64,000 nt of DNA from an uncultured delta proteobacterium (GTDB lineage Bacteria > Desulfobacterota > Desulfobacteria > Desulfobacterales > Desulfatirhabdiaceae). The stretch is from positions 128,001-192,000 of the forward strand of contig CAWBKP010000014.1 of assembly GCA_963789395.1 (NCBI GenBank), read 5' to 3'. A program made the translations under genes and the position numbers. How positions within the stretch are numbered: position 1 is the first letter of the stretch; each line of letters begins with the position of its first letter. The notes below the pieces were generated by a model. It saw only the letters and a program-made list of their open reading frames with translations. It did not search any database and was not told where the DNA came from. This document shows positions 50,639 to 59,007 of the stretch, piece after piece.

Positions 50639-51478
50639 TTAAGCGTTTCTTTCAATGCCGTAACTGCCCTCATCCAGCTCGTAACGGAGTTTTTCAGCCT
50701 TCTCCCTGGCGATATCTGCTATTTTTTTCATTTTATCCGTATCCATGCTTGCCGATATCCCCACCACCCACAGGGCCGCCGGAAGCCCCCGCCGGTTGTG
50801 CAGGGCGACGGCGACCGCACGGATTCCCTGGAGATATTCTTCAATGTCGACGGCATATCCCTGAGCACGAACGTGATCCAGTTCCATCAGGTATTCCGTT
50901 GCGTCGGTGATGGATCGCGGGGTGTAGCGGCGAAGCCCGTGTTTTTGAATCAGTTGTATGGCATGATCCGGAGTTTCATCGGAAAGAAATACTTTTCCGA
51001 CGGCGCCCCCTAAAAGGGGAATGGTCGATCCGACCGGCACGGATATTTTCAGGGATTCAGAAGCTTCGGCGGTTGTGATGATCAAAACCCGATTGCGGAT
51101 ACGAACGCCTAAAATCACCGTCTCGCTGATGCTGTCCCGGATATCGTTCAGTATCGGTTGCGCCAGTTCGTTTACTTTTTCCTGGTGCCAGTCGGAAAAC
51201 AGCAGCTCGGCAATGGCCGGCCCGAGGTAGAGCTTATGAGCGCCGGTGCCCTGGGTAAGCGCGCCCTCTCTGAGCAAGGCATGGACAAGACCATGGGTCG
51301 TGCTCTTGCTATACCCGAGCTGTTGCGCCAACTCCACGATTCCGAGGCTCTTTTGTGATCGCGCCACGCTTCTGAGTAATTGAAATGCCTTATGCACGGC
51401 AGGTGCTTTATAGCCGGCGGGCTGATTATTGTCTTTGGTATGGTGCGGATCGTCCGATTTCACGATTTTCTTTCTCAT
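50639..51478 (-). CDS. IclR-family transcriptional regulator 2
   Basis: APAVHKAFQLL..KSTTHGLV HTH, GAVGKVFL and GYAVDIEEY motifs. Confidence 0.93.
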   Translation of the reverse strand: MRKKIVKSDDPHHTKDNNQPAGYKAPAVHKAFQLLRSVARSQKSLGIVELAQQLGYSKSTTHGLVHALLREGALTQGTGAHKLYLGPAIAELLFSDWHQEKVNELAQPILNDIRDSISETVILGVRIRNRVLIITTAEASESLKISVPVGSTIPLLGGAVGKVFLSDETPDHAIQLIQKHGLRRYTPRSITDATEYLMELDHVRAQGYAVDIEEYLQGIRAVAVALHNRRGLPAALWVVGISASMDTDKMKKIADIAREKAEKLRYELDEGSYGIERNA

Positions 51479-51492
51479 TGTAATTTATTGGG

Positions 51493-51506
51493 TTCATTAT
51501 AGTGGG
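51493..51506. promoter_or_regulatory. Third operator box, upstream of iclR-2 / moeB
   Basis: TTCATTATAGTGGG, 15 bp from the iclR-2 start. Confidence 0.5.
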
Positions 51507-51672
51507 CAACTTATCGACCACTCCGGGAAAAGTCAAGAAGGGAGATCTTGTATTTTTTCATGCTGATACATAGTACCCATGGACAAAACATCTGTATTTC
51601 ATTAAAGAAAAAATATCCCCCAATTAATTCGTTCAAATGAACTCACGGAAAGAAATCTGATTGGAGCGTGCC

Positions 51673-52470
51673 ATGACTTCCATACTCTCCGCCGAAGAAC
51701 TTGATCGATATGACCGCCAGATTTTGATCGATGAAATCGGAACGTCCGGCCAGGAACGGCTGAAGAACGGGAAGGTATTTATCTGCGGGGCCGGCGGCCT
51801 CGGCTCACCGGTTGCGCTTTATCTATCAGCGGCGGGTGTCGGAACCCTTACCCTGATTGACCATGATCGGGTTGCCTTAAGCAATCTGAATCGGCAGATC
51901 CTTCATGGCGACACCGATATCGGGCGGCGAAAAGTCGATTCCGCCAGCGAAACACTTGGCAAAATGAATTCCCTTGTCACCATTAACGCGATCGACACTA
52001 CCCTGACCACGGAAAACGCCGAGGAGTTGATATCCGGCCATGATGTCGTCATCGATGCGCTCGACAATCTGGAGACCCGCTACATCCTTAACCAGGCGGC
52101 CCTGAATCAACGGATTGCCTTTGTGCACGGAGCGGTCAGCGGATTTGAAGGGCGGGTTCTGACGGTCATCCCCGGCAAGAGCACCTGTTTGCGGTGCCTT
52201 TACCGGGGGCCGGTTGCCAAGGCCGCCAGATTTCCGGTGATTGGGGTTGCGCCGGCGGTGATCGGCGCCATTCAGGCCACGGAAGCAATTAAAATCCTTA
52301 CGGGAATCGGGAAATTGTTGACGGACCGACTGATCATCTATGACGGCCTGAAGCTGACCTGGAAAGAATTCAAGGTAAAGAAAAACCCGGAATGCGATCA
52401 TTGCGGCCAGCCAAACGGATCAATTATAAAAAAAGGAATGACTCATGAGCGTCACCCTCAACATTCATAA
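51673..52470 (+). CDS. moeB: MoeB/ThiF-family sulfur-carrier adenylyltransferase
   Basis: RYDRQI, GAGGLG, SNLNRQ, CLRCL and CDHC motifs. Confidence 0.88.
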   Translation: MTSILSAEELDRYDRQILIDEIGTSGQERLKNGKVFICGAGGLGSPVALYLSAAGVGTLTLIDHDRVALSNLNRQILHGDTDIGRRKVDSASETLGKMNSLVTINAIDTTLTTENAEELISGHDVVIDALDNLETRYILNQAALNQRIAFVHGAVSGFEGRVLTVIPGKSTCLRCLYRGPVAKAARFPVIGVAPAVIGAIQATEAIKILTGIGKLLTDRLIIYDGLKLTWKEFKVKKNPECDHCGQPNGSIIKKGMTHERHPQHS

Positions 52471-52717
52471 AACGCACCGACAGTTCACTTCCGGACTCGA
52501 TACCATCCAGGTTGAAGGAGATACCGTAGGAAACTGCCTTAACAGCCTGATCGGGCGATTCCCTGAAATGAAAGCAGCCATTTTTGACGGGAATGGGAAA
52601 TTGAAAAATCAAATCGAAATCTACTTGAACATGGAAAGCGCGTACCCGGATGAACTGAAAAAAAAGGTGCAAGCCGGAGATGAGATTTATATCACCGTTA
52701 TGCTGGCCGGAGGATAA
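52445..52717 (+). CDS. moaD: MoaD/ThiS-family sulfur carrier
   Basis: 90-aa ubiquitin-like protein with C-terminal AGG; overlaps moeB. Confidence 0.85.
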   Translation: MSVTLNIHKTHRQFTSGLDTIQVEGDTVGNCLNSLIGRFPEMKAAIFDGNGKLKNQIEIYLNMESAYPDELKKKVQAGDEIYITVMLAGG

Positions 52718-52873
52718 TTGAAAAGCGATTCCAGCCTGTTAAAATGCGTACCGCTGATCTGACGCATAGCCGCGCGATGGATGTGCACGGCAGTTAAACG
52801 GTCGCAAAAAGCCTACCTGTCCGGAGTTTAGGAGTCAGATGTCTTTACAAAATTTATTACGGCTAAAAATTAT

Positions 52874-52934
52874 TGATTGCCATTCATTTTTTTCTTGATT
52901 ATACTTTGCGAACATTATATTCGTTTAGCGAACT
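52874..52934 (+). promoter_or_regulatory. Promoter/operator of the TRAP operon; near-identical to 41819-41879 (inverted)
   Basis: TTGATT-N17-TATATT plus TTCGTTTAGCGAA. Confidence 0.75.
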
Positions 52935-53239
52935 TAATGAAACTGAAACCAGGTTGAACAAGACCGATCGACTTCCAATCAGTCAAATATCCCCGTTCCA
53001 GGAATAGGCGGCGGCAGAGCAAACACCAAAATATCTGGTTTGAAGGTTATGGTCGCGATTGACATACGATACAGCGGCGAGCCGATTTCAAAATGTTTCA
53101 GTTTGGTCGCTGTAACAAAATGGCATACGCAAGTGGGCGGCTTTTTTTATAGAGAATATCGCCCCTGTTTTTTGTTTGATAACTTGGCTTTTGTTCGCGT
53201 CTTTTTTACCCTAATGACCCCTAACTGGAGGAGAAAGAA

Positions 53240-54298
53240 ATGAGAATCAAGTTCAAAATCGTACTGCCTGTTTTATTTCTGACTTTGATTTTGGCCGGCC
53301 AGGCTTCAGCCAAAATCACATTGACCTATAACCAGTATTTTCCGCCGACGCACATGGCGTCGCAGCTTTCCGATGCCTGGTGCAAGGAAATCGAGAAACG
53401 AACGAACGGCGAGGTTCAGTTCCAGTTTTATGCCGGAGGACAACTCCTAAAGGCCCAGCAGGTTTTTGATGGCGTGGTGCGTGGCATCGCGGATATCGGT
53501 TTTTCCAATCTGGCTTATACCCGCGGTCTTTTTCCGGAGATGGAAATTTGCGATCTTCCCCTGGGAATGCCGTCTGCCTGGGTAGCGACACACGTAGCCG
53601 ATGCGTATTACAAAAAGTATCAACCCAAGGAATTCGACAAGGTTAAAGTACTGAATTTTTCGGCTTGCGGACCGAATCTGGTCTCCACAACGAGCCAGCC
53701 GGTTCGAACATTACAGGATCTTAAGGGACAAACGCTGCGCGCCACGGGCAGGATCGCCGACACGGCCACCGCTTTGGGCGCAACCTCACGGCCCATGGAG
53801 ATTGGTGAAACCTACGAGGCGATCAGCCACAACGTCATCTCCGGCGTCATGCTGCCGCTGGAGACGATGAAAGGCTTCCGCCTGGGCGAACTGCTGAAAT
53901 ATTGCACCGCGGACTGGCAGGTCGGGAACGTATATACATTTTATGCGGTCATGAACAAGGACAAGTGGAAATCGCTGCCGGACAATATCAAGAAAGTCTT
54001 TGAAGAAGTTAACGCCGAGTGGGTCGAAAAATGGGCGCAGGGTTGGAACGATATCGATCGTGGCGGCGCCGAGTATTTCAAGAGCAAGGGGGGGACCGTT
54101 ATCCAACTGTCGGATGAAGAAGCCGCGCTGTGGACCAAAGCCGTTGAGCCGGTCATAGAAACATATATCACTGAAATGGTCGCAAAAGGACTTTCCCAGG
54201 AAGAGCTCAAATCCCGAATGAATTTTATTCGCCAGACGCGAGATGAAAGAATGAAAGAGCAGAAAATGAAGCGTATCCCCATGCCTTATACGGAGTAA
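53240..54298 (+). CDS. dctP: TRAP transporter substrate-binding protein
   Basis: Signal peptide; WCKEIEKRTNGEV, GIADIG, DLKGQTLR and VMNKDKWKSLP motifs. Confidence 0.92.
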   Translation: MRIKFKIVLPVLFLTLILAGQASAKITLTYNQYFPPTHMASQLSDAWCKEIEKRTNGEVQFQFYAGGQLLKAQQVFDGVVRGIADIGFSNLAYTRGLFPEMEICDLPLGMPSAWVATHVADAYYKKYQPKEFDKVKVLNFSACGPNLVSTTSQPVRTLQDLKGQTLRATGRIADTATALGATSRPMEIGETYEAISHNVISGVMLPLETMKGFRLGELLKYCTADWQVGNVYTFYAVMNKDKWKSLPDNIKKVFEEVNAEWVEKWAQGWNDIDRGGAEYFKSKGGTVIQLSDEEAALWTKAVEPVIETYITEMVAKGLSQEELKSRMNFIRQTRDERMKEQKMKRIPMPYTE

Positions 54299-54378
54299 TC
54301 TCCCAAAAGCGTGCGACGGCGTCCGGCTATCTCCGGACGCCGTGATCATTCATCTCATCGGCATACAAGGAATTCACT

Positions 54379-54864
54379 ATGCGTCTTATCAATCAGTGGG
54401 CACTGAAGCTCAGTATCTGGGGAGAATGGATCGGAACCTTCGGAATCATCGTCATGGTCATCACCACATGTGCCGATATCCTGGGCGCAAAGCTGTTTAA
54501 TTGGCCCGTTTCCGGATCCACCGAAATCGTCAGCCTGGTGCAATTGGCGACGCTTGTCTTTGCAGTGGCGTCGACTCAACGGTACCGGGGTCATATCAGT
54601 GTTGAGATGTTCGTTGACAAAATGCCATCCCGGGTTCGTGCAGCCACCAAAGTCCTGATTTCGCTGCTGGGGGTGCTTTTGTTTTTACTCCTGTTTTACG
54701 AAGGAATTCATTTGGGCAATTTCTATTTTTCCTCCGGCGAAAAAACCGCAACGGCTCAAATACCGCTTTATCCGTTTGCCTATGCGTTTTCCATTGCGAT
54801 GATTCCCATCGCAATGATGATGTCGGTTGATTTTTCTGAAGCGATCAAGGAGGTATTTGCCTGA
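54379..54864 (+). CDS. dctQ: TRAP transporter small permease
   Basis: Four TM segments; GSTEI and RGHISVE motifs. Confidence 0.9.
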   Translation: MRLINQWALKLSIWGEWIGTFGIIVMVITTCADILGAKLFNWPVSGSTEIVSLVQLATLVFAVASTQRYRGHISVEMFVDKMPSRVRAATKVLISLLGVLLFLLLFYEGIHLGNFYFSSGEKTATAQIPLYPFAYAFSIAMIPIAMMMSVDFSEAIKEVFA

Positions 54865-54913
54865 TGGATCCTGTTATAACCGGAATAGTGGGCATTTTCG
54901 CAATGCTTTTTTT
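54864..54913 (+). pseudogene. dctM: 5' fragment of dctM, cut by the IS
   Basis: ATG overlaps the dctQ stop, with AGGAGG RBS; MDPVITGIVGIFAMLF rejoins in frame with 57661 onward. Confidence 0.9.
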
Positions 54914-54944
54914 CTATGAAAACAATAAACGGTTGTATTTGACT

Positions 54945-56702
54945 TCAAATTGCATTGAGTAAAATATTTCTGAGTGTTAGCGGGAACGCTGGTTGATTTA
55001 TCATTTTTTGTATGGGCTTTGGTACTCGTTCATTTGATTGTTCCTTATTGGTCATAAGATTGCGAGCCTCTTGGGCATCAATCTGTGCAAAGACTTCTTC
55101 AAGTGTAGGCTTACCATTCAACAGTAGTTTCATGTAGAATGGATTTTGAAGATTTTTCACCAATGGGGTATCAGCCAGAATCGTCTGCAACATCTTACCC
55201 ATTGAGTTGTTGCCGGTTTTTTTGCGATACCCCCGTTTAAAATCTCGAAAAAATCGCTCCAATAGATTATTGGTGCGCTGGGGCTGCAGTATGATGGCGC
55301 CACCATCGGAAGTGTAAACCTTAATCGGATCGCAGAACAGTTTCTGCCAGTATTTGTCGATCTGTGCCACCAGTTTGACATAATCTGGGTTCTTTGAAAA
55401 TGTGGGTTCACTGGTGGTCTTTTCTCGAAATTGACGCACTCGGGTTTCAATGTCGCCGATATTGTCGTCTGTGCCATCATCATTTAGCCCCTTGGTTGAG
55501 TTTTCAGGGGCAATCCGCATGGCTTGGCGAAGCTCAGAAAACTTGTCCTGTTTGATTTTCATCGTCGCCATTGCCGATTTCAAGTTGATGTCATCAATGA
55601 TCGGTTGAAGCTCTTTTTTAAGCTTCAGAAAGACTGCATCGCTGTGATGATTGCCGATGGTTGTTATCTCCTGGTAAACGGTGAATAGCCTTTCTGCAAA
55701 GCCAAGGTGCGGGCAATCGAAAGGAAAGCCGTAACCATTATGGACATTCCGCAGTGCCCATTGGAGGAGGCTGTAGCAGCCAATGGCAGCAACCATATCC
55801 TTGGATAAGGCTGGCAACTGATCGCTGCTGACGCCAATTTTCAACATGCTTGCTGCCTTGGGGCTGCTGTCTATAGCCTTTCTGATAGACCTGGTTCTTC
55901 GCCTGAGAATTGCTCGTATCCCATGAACTTTAAGTCGATTGCGGATCAAGTCATATTCAATTCCAAACAGATCCTTGCCGATATCCCTTAAAAAGTGAAA
56001 ATGACAGATATAATCCGGTGTTCCGGGAAAGACAGAAGCCACGGCTTTAAGAATGCCCCGGCCCATATCGTGTACAATGGCTATCGGAATACCAAAGAGT
56101 TTTCGGATCTTTTCCAAAAAGGGGATTATTTCTTCTGCCTTCTCCGATGGCAGCTTGATATTTCCCAGAACAATTTCACTGATTGAATCCAGACCGCTCA
56201 TCAATACCGGCCCATTACCGTCACAGGTTCCATCCAGATGCAGAATATATCCACCCCGATGGCGGCGCATCCTGTCTTGGATAGCGTGGGCTCTTTGATA
56301 GTGAGCAAGGGATAGATAAATGATGAATTTTCTGCCCAGATACGCGATTTGGCTGGCACTGATGCAAATATTTCGCAAGGCCAGTTCATCAATTACCTGC
56401 CCTTGCGAGCAATGCCTGAGAAACAGGGCTTTTCCGACATGTACCATGACGTCATAACCGAATTTGCACCTTTTGGAAACCAGGCTGGATAGTTGCTCAG
56501 ATTCATACCGTTTTTTGCAGCCTGAACATTCCATCAGCCGCTCATGGCTGATGAATTCACCAAGATGCAGCGTAACAACCGGTTTACTGCGGCTTTTGTA
56601 AACTTTAAGATGACCGCCGCATTGACAACAACCAAGCTCAGGTGCAAAATCGACTACCGGTGGCTTCGGGAAAAAGCCAAGCGGAGAACCCAGATTGACC
56701 AA
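54945..56702 (-). CDS. DDE transposase catalytic ORF
   Basis: Zn-finger CCQCGG..CSGC; LHLDGT, VHDMG, CHFHFLRD and RTNNLLERFFR motifs; no clear RBS or ATG. Confidence 0.85.
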   Translation of the reverse strand: MVNLGSPLGFFPKPPVVDFAPELGCCQCGGHLKVYKSRSKPVVTLHLGEFISHERLMECSGCKKRYESEQLSSLVSKRCKFGYDVMVHVGKALFLRHCSQGQVIDELALRNICISASQIAYLGRKFIIYLSLAHYQRAHAIQDRMRRHRGGYILHLDGTCDGNGPVLMSGLDSISEIVLGNIKLPSEKAEEIIPFLEKIRKLFGIPIAIVHDMGRGILKAVASVFPGTPDYICHFHFLRDIGKDLFGIEYDLIRNRLKVHGIRAILRRRTRSIRKAIDSSPKAASMLKIGVSSDQLPALSKDMVAAIGCYSLLQWALRNVHNGYGFPFDCPHLGFAERLFTVYQEITTIGNHHSDAVFLKLKKELQPIIDDINLKSAMATMKIKQDKFSELRQAMRIAPENSTKGLNDDGTDDNIGDIETRVRQFREKTTSEPTFSKNPDYVKLVAQIDKYWQKLFCDPIKVYTSDGGAIILQPQRTNNLLERFFRDFKRGYRKKTGNNSMGKMLQTILADTPLVKNLQNPFYMKLLLNGKPTLEEVFAQIDAQEARNLMTNKEQSNERVPKPIQKMINQPAFPLTLRNILLNAI

Positions 56703-56728
56703 CCGACTGCAATATTCTGTGAAAGCGG

Positions 56729-57394
56729 CTATGATTTCAAATCCAATGGCATTTTTTTTAAACCGTGCTGTTCAAACAGAGTTTTGATTTGATTCGGCTC
56801 AACACGGATATTCATCTTATTTTTCAGATTGGCTGATATCTCAATGGAGCTGAGCGAAGGATCGTTGATAAATTCCACGAGCACCCGGACAGCGACCTCA
56901 GGACTGATCGAACTGAGTGGAACTTTATCCACAGAAGCCGTACAAGTCATCCGTTGGCAGTTATTAATATGTTTGTCAGCGGACAAATAGACAAACTCAG
57001 TCTTCGGTTTGAACCGATCAATCCTGCCCTTCTGGTACATCTGGGTCAACACCGCTCGGCAGTCGGTGGCAAGCATACTGCAAAGGGCACCTGCCGGGAA
57101 TCCGCTGCGGGAGTTATCAATGATATACAGGATGGTATTGGTCAATGTGCCACGTTTAGAAAAACCAATTTCATCATGCTGCCAAAGACCGAAGGCATTG
57201 AAAACCGGGATATCCTTGAGCGTGTACCATCTGCCGTTATGGGTGTAGCTGCGGTAATAGCCTACCTGCAACAGAAGACGCCTGACGGAAATAACAGCAT
57301 AGTTCAATTTGCCGGCCAGTTCATCGATTTGCCAGCACTTTTTGTCAAAGAACAGTCGGCCTAAAAGATCGGCGGTCTTTTGTAAAGGAGCCAT
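56729..57394 (-). CDS. IS accessory ORF, probable multi-winged-helix DNA-binding protein
   Basis: GAGGTG RBS; HTH-like segments IDELAGKLNYAVISVRRLL, AGALCSML..VLTQMYQKGRI and SIEISANLK. Confidence 0.75.
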   Translation of the reverse strand: MAPLQKTADLLGRLFFDKKCWQIDELAGKLNYAVISVRRLLLQVGYYRSYTHNGRWYTLKDIPVFNAFGLWQHDEIGFSKRGTLTNTILYIIDNSRSGFPAGALCSMLATDCRAVLTQMYQKGRIDRFKPKTEFVYLSADKHINNCQRMTCTASVDKVPLSSISPEVAVRVLVEFINDPSLSSIEISANLKNKMNIRVEPNQIKTLFEQHGLKKMPLDLKS

Positions 57395-57405
57395 GAGCCA
57401 CCTCG

Positions 57406-57479
57406 ATGATAAAGTATAAATAATATTTCAAATTAAGCAAAAATAATTTATACTTTATCATATCTGTGTCCTATGTCAA
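57406..57479 (-). promoter_or_regulatory. IS promoter with a 16-bp perfect inverted repeat
   Basis: ATGATAAAGTATAAAT (57406-57421) and ATTTATACTTTATCAT (57446-57461); TTGACA-N16-TAAAGT overlaps the outer arm. Confidence 0.7.
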
Positions 57480-57648
57480 CAACATGCTGCCGAAGGCCCT
57501 ATTGTTTAAAATATTCATAAATTCAAATCGTTAATAATATTGCTACCTGTCTGGGGTATGAGTAATTTTGAAGTCATTTATTGATCAAGTATGAAATTAA
57601 AAGCACAATAACTAATTGAAATTATTTTGTACAACCGTTAATTGTGAT

Positions 57649-58919
57649 AATGCTTTTTTTGTTCATTATCAATATGCCCATCTCCTTTGCCATGGCAATC
57701 GTCGGATTTTTCGGCTTCGCCTATATTATCAACTGGAATGCCGCCGTTTCGCTGCTGACCCGCGATGTATTTTCCACGCTGTCAAATTACTCTCTCAACG
57801 TCATCGTCCTTTTCGTTTTGATGGGCTCATTCGCCTTCGCCTCCGGAATGAGCTCCCGGTTATACAATTCCGCGCACAAGCTTACCGGAAGGTTGCCCGG
57901 CGGCCTGGCAGTGGCAACCATCCTTGCCTGCAGCGGCTTTGCGGCTATCTGCGGCTCAACCGCAGCAACCGCGGCGACCATCGGCAGAGTGGCACTACCG
58001 GAGATGAAGCGATTCGGCTATTCCCAGAAACTGGCCACGGGGTGTATCGCCTCCTCCGGCACCATCGGCATTATGATACCGCCATCCACGATCTTTATCG
58101 TCTATGGTATTCTGACCGAAATGTCCATTGGCGAGCTGTTTGCTTCCGGCGTAATCCCGGGTATTGTGCTGACCTCTGTTTTTCATTCTTGTCGTGTTCA
58201 TCATCGCCTTTAAAGATAAAAACGCCGTTCCTGCCGGACAAAGCAGCACGTTTGCCGAAAAGCTGACATCGCTCTGGCAGATCGCGGATATTTTTTTACT
58301 GTTTGCCGTCTCCATCGGCGGATTGTTTCTCGGCTGGTTCAGCCCGAATCAGGCCGCGGGTGTCGGCGCTGCCGGTGCGTTGATGGTTGGCCTGTTTCAC
58401 CGGGAACTGAGCTGGAAGAAATTTACGGCAGCCACCCGAGAGGGACTTCGAACAGCCTGTATGATTATGCTCCTCATCGCAGGCGCCTCGGTTTTCGGGA
58501 AATTCATGGCGGTCACGACCATACCGGCCCAGCTGTCGACCTGGATCTCGGTGCTGCCGTTGCCCCCCATGGCAATCATGTTTCTCATCTGCATCATGCT
58601 TTTTATCGGCGGGTGTTTTATCGATGCCATGGCACTCATTATGCTTGTCATACCGATCCTTTATCCGGTTGTCCTTCAGCTCCACTATGATCCGATTTGG
58701 TTTGGCGTCGTAATCGTTTTGATCAGCCAGATCGCGGTCGTCACGCCGCCGGTGGGCGTCAACGTATATGTCCTGAAAGGAATTGCACCGGATGTTCCCA
58801 TCTCGGACATCTTTCAGGGCACATTTCCGTTCCTGGCGGCCATGGTTGTTCTCTTGATTCTGGTGGTTATTTTCCCCGACCTGGTTCTGTGGTTTCCACG
58901 CCTTTTTTACGCCAATTGA
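57649..58919 (+). pseudogene. dctM: Main 3' part of the TRAP large permease (IS-interrupted; extra frameshift near 58180)
   Basis: MPISFAM, LFVLMG, GFAAICGS, GTIGIMIPPS, YDPIWFGV and VTPPVGVNVY motifs. Confidence 0.9.
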
Positions 58920-59007
58920 CAGAACCGCTTTTTTTGTTGACATTCGCGGCGTGGTTGTTTAGTATAAAATACAGTTGTTTTTTATACAGAACGACAGGAC
59001 ACCCCGA

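Larger units (their letters stand above)
54914..57648 (-). mobile_element. ~2.7-kb two-ORF insertion sequence, family unassigned (Mutator/IS256-like DDE)
   Basis: Direct repeat AATGCTTTTTTT at 54902-54913 and 57649-57660. 16-bp inverted repeats ACAATAAACGGTTGTA (54922-54937) and TACAACCGTTAATTGT (57630-57645). Excision restores the dctM frame. Confidence 0.92.
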
